DNA of 64,000 nucleotides, from the NCBI GenBank assembly GCA_963669175.1, contig OY769902.1:3424001-3488000 (forward strand). Direction: 5' to 3'. The notes below the pieces were generated by a model. It saw only the letters and a list, made by a program, of their open reading frames with translations, did not search any database and had not been told where the DNA came from. This stretch comes from a bacterium (GTDB taxonomy: Bacteria; Electryoneota; Electryoneia; Electryoneales; Electryoneaceae). Positions 38,992 to 48,729 of the stretch are shown here, piece by piece. The translations under genes and the position numbers were made by a program. How positions within the stretch are numbered: position 1 is the first letter of the stretch; each line of letters starts with the position of its first letter.

Positions 38992-41442
38992 ATGAAGAAG
39001 AAGTTCGTCCTGTTGTTGGCTGTATCCTTGTTATGTTTCGTTGCAGGAAATAGTATTGCTTACGAAGATCTGGTTGCTCCGGTAAAATGCATCGAAACAG
39101 GCGCTCGGAGTGTCGGGGGGGCGCTTCCTGTAAACGAGTTGGATGAAGACTCTACCCTCTTTGAAGACAATTTCGAAGGGGAAAATCTCTGGGAAGCCTA
39201 CGACTACACTACCACTCCAGCAAAGTGGCACATTGATGATTGGAATGCGTACGGCCAGTTAAACTCCTGGTGGTGCGGCGAAGAACGTGTCGTTAATGGC
39301 GAGACCATTTACGGATACAACAACGCCTGGTTGCAATACTTGGAAACGCCGTCGCTGGACTTGAGCAATGCTGATGAATCCACACTGGAACTCGATTTTG
39401 AGATGCAGTACGGTTCTGAAGATGGCGTCCCGCAGAATGAAGATTATGACGGCTGGGATGGCGGCACAGTCTTCTATTCCATGGATGGCGGCACAACCTG
39501 GGAAGTCCTTCCGAATCCCTCCGTTGAGTACAACGCAACATCCCTTTACTCTTTCGGTGGCACTCATGATTTGGGCCCCGGGATCGCAGGCTGGCGCGGC
39601 GAATCCGACGGATGGGAAAACTGCACCTATGATCTTGGCGACTTGGCCGGAGAATCGGATGTACGCTTCCGTTTTGCCTTTGCATCGGACGCAGGTGTCA
39701 ATACGGAAGGCCACCCGGAATGGTTCGGCTTCCAGATTGATGAGATTTCTGTTGTTGATGACAACAACGATTATCTCACCAATGATGCAGATGGCACAGC
39801 AACCCCGGAAGAGTTCACGCCGCTGGATCAGGTTGGCGCGGATGTCAACTTTGAACTTCAGGAAGATGAATACGCCAGCCCGACTCATGCCTGGTGGTGT
39901 GGACCTGGCCATGATCTGTTCTCAGTACTGATCTCACCGGAAGTTGAACTGATTGAAGGCTGGCGGCATTTCATCCAGTTCCAGCTTTATTGCGATCTTC
40001 CCGACAGTGATGGCGACGAGGACAATTCACTGGAAGACTACTACCAGTTGGAAATATCGGATGACGGTGGCAGTCACTGGGAACGTCTCGCCTACGATTA
40101 CGGCTACAACGGTTCGGATGAAGGTTGGGTGCTTCGTGACAGCATGCTGAATAACGAAGCTGCAAGCGTACCAATTGAAATCCCGATTGCTTATGCGGGT
40201 TCTTCCGTGCGTTTCCGGTTCCGCATTATCACGGATGATAACGATGATGGCGGTGTTGGTACAGGTCTCTACATCGATGACTTCACGGTCATCGCCAACT
40301 CCGGTTTTGATCATGATGTGGGTGTTGAACAGGTACGTATTCCGTTCCCTGTCACCCAGGGTGAACTGGTTCCCTGCTGGGCGGAAATCCGTAATTACGG
40401 GAACAATGAAGAGACCTTCAACGCCATGTGGCGTTTGGGTACTCAACCCTATCCCCTGTTGAGCGGACAGACATTGGCTTCACGTGACAGCATAGTGGTG
40501 TGGATGAGCGCTGATGGCGAAGAAGAAGGTTGGACCCCAACCCAGCCTGGTGAATTCACCATTACCGTCCAGACACTATTGGGTGATGATTACGCGGACA
40601 ACAACAACTCTGAAGAATACCCGGTGACAGTGCAACCAGTCGGCACCTATGAGTATGGTTTTGACGACCGTCTCCCCACTCGCACCACCTCTGCATTCCA
40701 GACTGGTGAAGGCCCGGCGACACATTTCAATACGTTTGATTATGATCGCGGTCCTTTCCACAGTTCATTATTCATTGCTGAAGAAGTACATGTTCTCTGG
40801 AATGGTGATCTGGACGAGGGCGAAACTGTGGACGTGCGTCTGCATATCCTGGACGACAGCGGCGATGATGCCCCTGGCGCTGAAATATTCTCTGAGGATT
40901 ATACCGTTGAATCCGGTATCATTAATCCAGAGTGGCATGTAATTGACCTTAGTGGCGAAGACGTGGTCATTTCCGGCAAAGCCTGGGTATGGTTTGAATT
41001 GCTGGAAGAAGGCGATGATCCGAAACCGCATATCGTCTTCTCGCCGGGTGATGTATACCCTGACAACCACTTTGGGTACGATGGCACCGATTTAAGCGCG
41101 CCTTCCGGTGATTGGATGATTCGTATGGTAGGCACCTATGAGTACGGTGTCGATGATGACATCCAATCATCCTTGCCGGGTAGCTTCGCACTTCATGCCG
41201 CTTATCCGAACCCATTCAATCCGACTACACGCCTTGGCTTTGATTTGCCTCAGGCCGCTTCAGTACGGTTGGCCGTGTTCGATGTGCTGGGACGTGAGGT
41301 AGCGTCGTTACTGAGTGGTTCCATGCAGGCCGGACGTCACAATGTGACCTTCGATGGCAGCGGTCTTGCTTCCGGCTTGTACTTCGCACGCCTTGAAGCT
41401 GACGGACACGTATTTACCGAAAAGATCATGTTGGTGAAGTAA
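38992..41442 (+). CDS. Secreted acidic protein with tandem InhA/MAM-like beta-sandwich domains, CARDB-like domain and T9SS/FlgD-like C-terminal domain
   Basis: Signal peptide, repeated S.DGG..W...RFRF..D....G..ID units, YPNPFNP...ASGLYFARL...KIMLVK. Confidence 0.8.
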   Translation: MKKKFVLLLAVSLLCFVAGNSIAYEDLVAPVKCIETGARSVGGALPVNELDEDSTLFEDNFEGENLWEAYDYTTTPAKWHIDDWNAYGQLNSWWCGEERVVNGETIYGYNNAWLQYLETPSLDLSNADESTLELDFEMQYGSEDGVPQNEDYDGWDGGTVFYSMDGGTTWEVLPNPSVEYNATSLYSFGGTHDLGPGIAGWRGESDGWENCTYDLGDLAGESDVRFRFAFASDAGVNTEGHPEWFGFQIDEISVVDDNNDYLTNDADGTATPEEFTPLDQVGADVNFELQEDEYASPTHAWWCGPGHDLFSVLISPEVELIEGWRHFIQFQLYCDLPDSDGDEDNSLEDYYQLEISDDGGSHWERLAYDYGYNGSDEGWVLRDSMLNNEAASVPIEIPIAYAGSSVRFRFRIITDDNDDGGVGTGLYIDDFTVIANSGFDHDVGVEQVRIPFPVTQGELVPCWAEIRNYGNNEETFNAMWRLGTQPYPLLSGQTLASRDSIVVWMSADGEEEGWTPTQPGEFTITVQTLLGDDYADNNNSEEYPVTVQPVGTYEYGFDDRLPTRTTSAFQTGEGPATHFNTFDYDRGPFHSSLFIAEEVHVLWNGDLDEGETVDVRLHILDDSGDDAPGAEIFSEDYTVESGIINPEWHVIDLSGEDVVISGKAWVWFELLEEGDDPKPHIVFSPGDVYPDNHFGYDGTDLSAPSGDWMIRMVGTYEYGVDDDIQSSLPGSFALHAAYPNPFNPTTRLGFDLPQAASVRLAVFDVLGREVASLLSGSMQAGRHNVTFDGSGLASGLYFARLEADGHVFTEKIMLVK

Positions 41443-41463
41443 AGAGAAAGACTTCGAAAATCC

Positions 41464-41495
41464 CGGGACAGGCCTGAACTGGTCTGTCCCTTTTT
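41464..41495 (+). terminator. Intrinsic terminator
   Basis: GGGACAGGCC...GGTCTGTCCC plus T-tract. Confidence 0.7.
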
Positions 41496-41627
41496 CGTTT
41501 CAGGATATGGCAGTTCTCGAAAGAAATATCGCATGTTTATGAAGTCAGATTGAGATAGTCAACGGTTTGATCTCAAACTCACACTTCACTGATGCGACAT
41601 TGTTTCCAATACATGCCCATACATTTG

Positions 41628-41666
41628 AAAAGCGCCGGTGTGGGAAACACCGGCGCTTGTTTTTTC
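41628..41666. terminator. Bidirectional terminator
   Basis: AAGCGCCGGTG...CACCGGCGCTT with A and T tracts. Confidence 0.7.
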
Positions 41667-41728
41667 TGCCTGTTGCTGCTGGAAGGAGTGGTTGGCGCCT
41701 GCGCTGAGCAACAGGACTGGGGAACAGA

Positions 41729-44302
41729 TTACAACGTCACTTTGACCTCAGCCATGTAAAACCGTGTCGCTGCTGGAATGATGTACACGCCCCACGCATC
41801 CGTAGCGCCGGTAAGCTCATACTCGGTGCCGAACAGGTTGCGCACATGCAGATCCAATTCAACTTTCGGCCAGTAAGCACGGCTGAAGAATGCGTCCCTG
41901 CCGGAAACGCCTAGAAGATTGACCCCCATTGAAAAATCAAACCGTGTATATGCGTCAATACGCCTGTCCTGGGACAGTGTTGGCGAACCGGCAATAGAAA
42001 CACCGTTCACTACTGTTTGTCCCTGCAAATCGGACAGATTTTCGGTATTGTCGAGATACTGCTCGCCCACATGGTGTGCGCTGATCCGTGCCCAACCACG
42101 TGTGGTTTTCCAACTCAAACCGATATTGGCAATCAGTTCCGGAGCTTTGATGATGTGATTGTCACTGTTATCAATCGGAACCTCAACACTCCAGCCGCTT
42201 GCCGGATCAACGACAGACGTAGTCGTTGTGTAGTCTACAAAGCGGTTCCTTGCCAGATTTACGTTACCTTCCACCTGCAAGTGCATGGGCAACAGAATCT
42301 TTCCACCCAGTTCAATACCTATCCGGCGCGTTTTAGCGGCATTTTCAATAACAGGCTGGCCCAGGACGTCATATTCGCCGATGTCAACAATCTCATCGGT
42401 CATTTCCATCCAATAGCCTGATATCATCACAGCAGCCTGGTCCGTACGCCAGTCTACACCAGCTTCGACGTCGTTCAACACCTCTGGTTTAATCTGCGGA
42501 TCTTCGAAGTTCACCGGGTCGTCATAGCGAATAACCGGGTAGCCGGTTTCTCCCCAATAATGATCTTTCAACCGTGGCTCCCTGCTGACCAGGCTGTAGC
42601 TGCCCCATACGCGGACAGGATCATTCACCTTGTAAGAGATGCCGAAATGCGGGTTGGAGAACAGGTAGGACTGCGAGAATTCCGTCCCGAAGCGTTTGTT
42701 ATGCAGCACCTCGTATTCAATACTGGAAAGCTGCAATGTCCCCGAAAGCAGCAGCTTTTCCGTGACCTGGAATTGATCACTCAGGTAGCCGGTATAGATA
42801 TGTTTGCGTCCTTCATAGTCATACCAGACATGTTCCGGTTCTGTGTCACTCGGAAGAGCTTCTGCCCATTTGAGTTCACCATAACGACGGCTGCGGTGGC
42901 TGACAATCTGCCCACCGAGTGACAGGTCATGCTTCTCCAACTTCCAGTTCAGACGTGGTTGCCATCCGCCCTGGTGATTGACTGCATGCTGACGTGCAAC
43001 GGCATTGGTGAAATCAACGAAGAACTCACCATCCACATTCTCCGCCAAAGCGCCGGTATCGTCATAACGGTACCAGTGCGACGGATACATGGTGCTGTCG
43101 GATGTAGTCAATCCGGGAAGATCCCAGAAATCCCAGGAATAACCCCAGTAGTCAGGGTAGTACACATCGAAATAGCCTTCACCACGGATGTAGTAGGCTG
43201 TCTGACTCAGCTCCAGGTTGTCCCGGATTTTCCACGAATGATGAAGCTGGTAATGAGGCTGGTAATAATTGTCCGTCTCGTTCTCGTAGGTCAGCGGGTT
43301 GGCTGTTCTGTCCTGTTCCAGAACATCACGAGTAATACCGGAATACGCCATGTGGTTCTTGATCGGGCCACCGAACGCCAACAGACGTGTTACCGTCTTC
43401 TCGCCGATATGAGTACCTGACAGATAATAACTGAAGTAATCCGACCAGGACTGATCACGATATCCATCCGAAGTCAACCGGGAAAATCGTGCGTCAATAT
43501 AGGTATTCCCTTTGATCGGACCGGACTGGAGGTGCACACTGCCACGCTTGGTATTGTAGCTGCCGAAACCATATTCGGCGGATACTTCAGGCTCATCCGA
43601 GTACGTTGCAGTCTGCACACTAATGGTCCCTCCTACAGACGGAAGACCATAGGGCACAACACCGCTGCCACGTTGCACCTGGACATCTTCGATATTCGCA
43701 CCGAAATCCGCCAGGTCAACCCAGTAGACATAAAAGTCTTCCGGATCATTCAGCATCACGCCATTGATGAACACACCGATACGTTTGAAATCGATGCCAC
43801 GCATGGAAACATAGCTGTAACCAAGCGCATTCCCGGCATCTGTGGTGGTGGTCAACGATGGGGAGCCTTCCAACGCAACCGGAAGATCCTGACCGAAGTA
43901 ACGAGTATCCAGCTCGTCCTTGGTGACGTTGGTGAAGGGAACAGTGGATTTTTCGGCTTCAACGCGGTCATACGTGACAATCACACCTTCAGACTTGTAC
44001 ACGGCCGGTTCGAGCTCAATCGCTACTGACAGCTCGGCATCACCAGTCGCTGAAAAATGTACACGAGTCGGCCTGAAGGCGACATGCGATACCAGGAGGA
44101 CATGATCGCCTTCCGGTACCTGTTTCAACATAAAGGAGCCATCATCAAGCGTAATGGTTCCCAACCCGGTACCCTCGATACTGACATTGACCTCGGCCAA
44201 TGGTTGCTCAGTATCCGCGTGGGTAACCGTACCTGACAACTCTGCGGCCCCTGTTATCAAAGGCACACAAAGGAACAACAACACGAATGCGGCGATTCGC
44301 AT
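41729..44302 (-). CDS. TonB-dependent receptor, probably for thiamine or a precursor
   Basis: Carboxypeptidase-regulatory-like N-domain, plug (SMRG...NGV.LND.ED...VQVQRG..GG.I) and beta-barrel. TPP riboswitch upstream. Confidence 0.88.
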   Translation of the reverse strand: MRIAAFVLLFLCVPLITGAAELSGTVTHADTEQPLAEVNVSIEGTGLGTITLDDGSFMLKQVPEGDHVLLVSHVAFRPTRVHFSATGDAELSVAIELEPAVYKSEGVIVTYDRVEAEKSTVPFTNVTKDELDTRYFGQDLPVALEGSPSLTTTTDAGNALGYSYVSMRGIDFKRIGVFINGVMLNDPEDFYVYWVDLADFGANIEDVQVQRGSGVVPYGLPSVGGTISVQTATYSDEPEVSAEYGFGSYNTKRGSVHLQSGPIKGNTYIDARFSRLTSDGYRDQSWSDYFSYYLSGTHIGEKTVTRLLAFGGPIKNHMAYSGITRDVLEQDRTANPLTYENETDNYYQPHYQLHHSWKIRDNLELSQTAYYIRGEGYFDVYYPDYWGYSWDFWDLPGLTTSDSTMYPSHWYRYDDTGALAENVDGEFFVDFTNAVARQHAVNHQGGWQPRLNWKLEKHDLSLGGQIVSHRSRRYGELKWAEALPSDTEPEHVWYDYEGRKHIYTGYLSDQFQVTEKLLLSGTLQLSSIEYEVLHNKRFGTEFSQSYLFSNPHFGISYKVNDPVRVWGSYSLVSREPRLKDHYWGETGYPVIRYDDPVNFEDPQIKPEVLNDVEAGVDWRTDQAAVMISGYWMEMTDEIVDIGEYDVLGQPVIENAAKTRRIGIELGGKILLPMHLQVEGNVNLARNRFVDYTTTTSVVDPASGWSVEVPIDNSDNHIIKAPELIANIGLSWKTTRGWARISAHHVGEQYLDNTENLSDLQGQTVVNGVSIAGSPTLSQDRRIDAYTRFDFSMGVNLLGVSGRDAFFSRAYWPKVELDLHVRNLFGTEYELTGATDAWGVYIIPAATRFYMAEVKVTL

Positions 44303-44386
44303 GGCACACCTCTTGTTAAAAATGGAGTAACCTTGCATGTTCGCCGGGGACACCAGAACAAGTTGGAACGAAGAAGGGATCGGCCG

Positions 44387-44419
44387 AAACAGAAAAACGC
44401 TCACCGATACGATGAGCGC
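44387..44419 (-). terminator. Leader terminator (riboswitch expression platform)
   Basis: Reverse complement GCGCTCATCG-tat-CGGTGAGCGTTTTTCTGTTT. Confidence 0.7.
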
Positions 44420-44463
44420 AGGAATAGTCGACCGTTGTGGAGACGCTGCAAATGCGTGACCAC

Positions 44464-44552
44464 GCCGCCTTCCCTACGCCGGAATTAACCGGATCAGGTT
44501 CCACGGGTCTGATCTCAGGTCCGCTGTCATCTCGGACCACCCCGGAACGGCT
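44464..44552 (-). promoter_or_regulatory. TPP (THI-box) riboswitch
   Basis: Reverse complement GGGGTG...CTGAGA...ACCCGTGGAACCTGATCCGGTTAATTCCGGCGTAGGGAA. Confidence 0.95.
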
Positions 44553-44601
44553 GGACGCAATGTAATATGTAGACTCACAAAACGCAAATGGAGCTAAGTC
44601 A

Positions 44602-45900
44602 CTACTGCGCCGGACTTTCCATATGTTTGACTCCATTTCGGAGCGGACGCATCCCCCCGGCAAAACCGAGAATGTCTTCTCCATACCGGTCACGCACCCG
44701 ATCCAGAGCCGTAAACATCACTTCCCGCCGTTGACGCACAGTTGCCAGGAACAGGTCATCCTGAACACCGCGTTGTTCACTGGGACACATCAGGTGTGAC
44801 ACACTGATCCCGATCAGACGCACACTCTTGTCCCCTTCGCGCCATAATTCACGCAGCAGGCTCTTTGCTGTCTCATAGATGTCAATGGGATCATTTGTAA
44901 AGGTCTTCATCGCTCGCTGGTGAGTTCTCGTGTGAAAATCGAACGTTCTGAGCTTCAGGGTCACCAGGTTTCCCACATACTGCTCTCGGCGCATCCGCCT
45001 GGCTGCCTTGTCGCACAGATGGAGCAGGCAACTTTGCAGGACCGACTCCTTGATCACATTTTCCATGAATGTGTTTTCGTGGCCCATAGATTTGTCATCG
45101 GGACGCTCTTCCAACGCGACAACCTTGTCCCCGCCTTTGCCGCGCATGGTCCGGTGAAGTTGCTCGCCTGCCATCCCCAGTACCGCACGGAGCTTGTAGA
45201 CCGGGCATCGGATCAAATCCTCAATCGTGTGAATATCCAAAGTCAGCAGCGCCTGCTCAGTTGCCTTGCCCACACCCGGTATTTTCCTGACAGACAACGG
45301 CCCAAGTACTTTCAAGGTCTCTTGAGCATCTATGACCAGTAGCCCATCCGGCTTATCCAGGCCCGATGCGATCTTGGCTACAGTGCGTGACGGTCCGATA
45401 CCAACAGAAGCGACAAGGTTCAGCTTCTCCATAATTGTGCGTTTAATCGCCGCGCCGTATTCCCGGGCTCCTCCCCACAACCAGGCACAGCCGCTCGCAT
45501 CTAAAAACGCCTCATCCACACTGTACGGTTCCACCTTCGGGCTGAATTGACGCAGGATGGCCATCATTCGAATGGAAGCGTCCATATACTTCCGTCCGGT
45601 TGTCTTCAAAAAGATGCCGTCCGGACACAGCTTTCCCGCTTCATACAGCGACATCCCGGAATGAACACCATAGCCCCGCGCCACATAATTACAGGTTGTA
45701 ACAACTCCCCTCGTTCCCTTCGGACCGCCAATAATCACCGGATGCCCTTTCAAGGCGGGGTTGTCACGTTCTTCAATCGCCGCAAAGAAAGCGTCCATAT
45801 CCACATGCAGGATCAGCGAAGACTCTTCCGAAGTCCGGTCCTGTGTCTTTCTGCGGTCTGCATCCGCCCGCATCCGTGTGCTGACATGTGGATTCAACAT
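44602..45900 (-). CDS. dinB: DNA polymerase IV (Y family)
   Basis: ILHVDMDAFFAAIE, NY.AR.YGV.SGM, SVDEAFLD, AKIAS..KPDG and VRLIGI motifs. Confidence 0.93.
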   Translation of the reverse strand: MLNPHVSTRMRADADRRKTQDRTSEESSLILHVDMDAFFAAIEERDNPALKGHPVIIGGPKGTRGVVTTCNYVARGYGVHSGMSLYEAGKLCPDGIFLKTTGRKYMDASIRMMAILRQFSPKVEPYSVDEAFLDASGCAWLWGGAREYGAAIKRTIMEKLNLVASVGIGPSRTVAKIASGLDKPDGLLVIDAQETLKVLGPLSVRKIPGVGKATEQALLTLDIHTIEDLIRCPVYKLRAVLGMAGEQLHRTMRGKGGDKVVALEERPDDKSMGHENTFMENVIKESVLQSCLLHLCDKAARRMRREQYVGNLVTLKLRTFDFHTRTHQRAMKTFTNDPIDIYETAKSLLRELWREGDKSVRLIGISVSHLMCPSEQRGVQDDLFLATVRQRREVMFTALDRVRDRYGEDILGFAGGMRPLRNGVKHMESPAQ

Positions 45901-45915
45901 GGCGCAATCCTTTCA

Positions 45916-46170
45916 TCATCCCACAAGACAGACCCGTGACAGCATCCAGACGCGCGATGCCGTGTTCATGGTCATCTCGTATACATCAGGCCCGGAGGTC
46001 ATCACGGAGAAATGGTGAAAACGTGTCTGTCCCTCTTCAGATAACCACTCCCCATTGACACGTTCCACACGATATACCCGTTCTTTCCAGCGAAACTTCA
46101 ACGGCTGTATCTTTCCGCTACGGAACAGCGTGATGACCTCGATCGGGTCGCCGATTTCTTCGTACCTCAC
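45916..46170 (-). CDS. Small DUF6504/ImuB-C-like protein
   Basis: P..FRW....Y.V..V...W......HF.V....YE....W.L pattern. GTG start after SD CAGGAG, 15 nt before dinB. Confidence 0.65.
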   Translation of the reverse strand: MRYEEIGDPIEVITLFRSGKIQPLKFRWKERVYRVERVNGEWLSEEGQTRFHHFSVMTSGPDVYEMTMNTASRVWMLSRVCLVG

Positions 46171-46197
46171 CTGCTCACACTCCTGCGGCTTGCACAA

Positions 46198-46217
46198 TAC
46201 TGATAATTTGTTCAGTA
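46198..46217. promoter_or_regulatory. LexA/SOS-box-like operator
   Basis: TACTG-ATAATTTGTT-CAGTA (CTG-N10-CAG) just downstream of a minus-strand TTGACA...TACTTT promoter. Confidence 0.55.
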
Positions 46218-46623
46218 AAAAGTACAGCAAACTGTGATCAATTGTCAAGAGAGGACAGGGATTTTCAGCAGGAGAACGGGATACGTATCGTTTGAATTAT
46301 CAGGATGTTGGTGGATTGAAGTTGGAAAGTTGGCAAGTTATTTTCTTGGTTCTTCCAGCTTTAAACATGCTGTAGCGACATCATTGGCCCCGCCGGCTTG
46401 AAGTCGCCGTAGCTTGCGAAGGTGGCTGCCCGGCGGTGGTCTATTATAATTGAATAGAGAACTCGTCCTTCTGTTTTCATTCCCGCAGCGTATGCAGTAT
46501 TACAATAAAAATCAGCTACACTTTCATCCCAATGCATTATCTATGAAAATCGATAGATCACCGGAAAGCACGCTCAAGCGCGCTCACAAATTGGGTCGCA
46601 CTCCTGTCACCCCGGCTGAAGCC

Positions 46624-47018
46624 CTGTCTCTTACCCACATCCTCTGAAAGCTTTATCAGCAAAAGGATTGTGGACATCGCATTTTTAGAATCCCGGCGGG
46701 ATTCCCTATTTTAGCATAGTGTACAGGCCGTCTGTTTGGCCTGTACACTATGTCAGGATTTCTAACGAACAATCAACCCTGGAAGGGTTGCATAATGAGC
46801 AGTCAATATTAGTTTATTCAATTATTACAGGTAATAACGTAATTTATATCCTTTATAAATCAATTGGGTATCAATTATACTTTATGCAACCCTTTCAGGG
46901 TTGATATGAGGTTTGATCTTTTTCGTAGGGTAGGCGCTAAACAGACAGCGCCTACCCTACGCTAAAATATCCCACCCCCACGGGGTGGCAGAAACACGAA
47001 GATGTGAGTAAGAGACAG
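46624..47018. mobile_element. 395-bp MITE, copy 2
   Basis: TIRs CTGTCTCTTACCCACATC and GATGTGAGTAAGAGACAG. 10-bp TSD GGCTGAAGCC at 46614-46623 and 47019-47028. Confidence 0.9.
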
Positions 47019-47169
47019 GGCTGAAGCCGGGTGCTAAGAAGAGCAGGCTAAAGCCTGCTAAATCTAGAATTTTGCTTTCAAAATTGAGTTTGAAAGTTAA
47101 TCCTTGCAAGCCTTTCATCCTGGCCATCATTCTGAATCATGTATATCTTGTAAATCCAGCCAATTGAGC

Positions 47170-48729
47170 CTAAAACGCTGCCCCCACCCTCAGTTTCACC
47201 ACCAGGCCTTCATCGGGGAAGCGTGCGCTACGAGACAATTCCACCCTCACCACATCCCGGTACGGCACATGTACGACTAACCCGGCTCCGTAGGCGGCAT
47301 CCCACCCACCAGTATCAAGGCTGTACGGATCATCCGGCGCCCACGTGGAACCGTTGACAGCGCCAATATCCCCGAACAGGATCATGGAGACACCGAACTT
47401 CAGATTCCTGGTGTACTGCCGGAGCATGTCAAAGGCAGGCTGAAATGTGACATAGGTAATCGGCAGGACATCAAACCTCAGCTCACCGGATGCCGCAGCG
47501 CTGTTATCACCTTCGAACGCATCCGGCAGGGTTGTGCGCACCAGATGATTACTGTCGAGCAGGATACGCCGGTACACGGTTGACTCGCCAAAGGTATAGG
47601 CGCCGTATACTTTGCCGGCCCAGATAATATGCGGAAACAGCTCGTAATAGTGCGCCAGTTCAATATTGGGCCGGAAATAGCTGACGTTGGAAGCATTTAC
47701 TGTCTGTGCAGCTTCAAGGAGTAGCTTAAAATAACACCCTTGAGATGCCCAGGGTTTATAATGGCGGGTGTCGATCTGAAAACCAAATTCCTCATCGACC
47801 AACCAGTCATTCTCTTCTCCGGATGCAGTAATGAGACGAGTGGTATCAGTCGCGCCATCCAGATCAAAACTGCGAATTTCCAGACCACCCTTGATCCAGA
47901 AACTGACTTCCTGGTTCAGGCGATGTCCCAGTTTCCCTTCGACAACAGTTTCGCGCGTCATGATCCCATCATTGGAAGAAAGAAACAGCGGTTCCGTTTC
48001 CTGTATGCTCTTCCCCTTGAACTCGGCGAACCAGTCCGGCCCCTCTGCGATATAGGGGATTTTCCAACGGATTTCCGCTCCTTTGGCATTTCCCAGATAA
48101 CCTGCGACGGACAGATCCTCCGCCCTGCCCCGGAAATTCATATGGTTGACGATAATACCGTAACTCACACGACTGGGCACATCTTCATCTACCGCCAGGT
48201 AAATCCCCGGCCAGATATACCAGAGTTCTGTAACAGTAATAACCAGGTTTACGCCATTTGAAGAAGGCGCAGTGCAGATTTCTACACGGCTGAAAAGCCC
48301 CAGTGATTCCAGACGTTTACGGTCTCGTGTGATGCTTTCCAGCGTAATATCCGAGCCAGGACGCAGACTCATTTCATTGACAATCACGCTACGATGTGTA
48401 CTGTTGTTACCGAGGATGATAATCGAATCAACGATTCCTGTAGCCAGTCGTTGCTGCGACTTGCAAGAATCTATTGAAACGGGCAACTGATCTTTGACAA
48501 TATGCTCTGCCTGATCAGGCGCAAGTGCGGGATCTGTAGCGTCCTCGGCTGTGGCAAGTATCGGGGTTATAAGGAATGAAAGCACGGCCAACCAAGCTAC
48601 GAGACAACAGCCTGAACCTCTCTTCCCTTCCTCCTTACCAGAGGTATGAAAGCGAAAAATAAATGGTATCAAGGCTGTATCCTGTACTCCGTTGACTGTC
48701 TTCCACATGAATGAGGCTGCCTTCCACAT
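47170..48729 (-). CDS. Omp85 (BamA/TamA)-family protein with a single POTRA domain
   Basis: I.I.GN..T...VI..E...G......D..RL.SLGLFS.V, NFRGR and a C-terminal Phe. Start is uncertain. Confidence 0.8.
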   Translation of the reverse strand: MWKAASFMWKTVNGVQDTALIPFIFRFHTSGKEEGKRGSGCCLVAWLAVLSFLITPILATAEDATDPALAPDQAEHIVKDQLPVSIDSCKSQQRLATGIVDSIIILGNNSTHRSVIVNEMSLRPGSDITLESITRDRKRLESLGLFSRVEICTAPSSNGVNLVITVTELWYIWPGIYLAVDEDVPSRVSYGIIVNHMNFRGRAEDLSVAGYLGNAKGAEIRWKIPYIAEGPDWFAEFKGKSIQETEPLFLSSNDGIMTRETVVEGKLGHRLNQEVSFWIKGGLEIRSFDLDGATDTTRLITASGEENDWLVDEEFGFQIDTRHYKPWASQGCYFKLLLEAAQTVNASNVSYFRPNIELAHYYELFPHIIWAGKVYGAYTFGESTVYRRILLDSNHLVRTTLPDAFEGDNSAAASGELRFDVLPITYVTFQPAFDMLRQYTRNLKFGVSMILFGDIGAVNGSTWAPDDPYSLDTGGWDAAYGAGLVVHVPYRDVVRVELSRSARFPDEGLVVKLRVGAAF

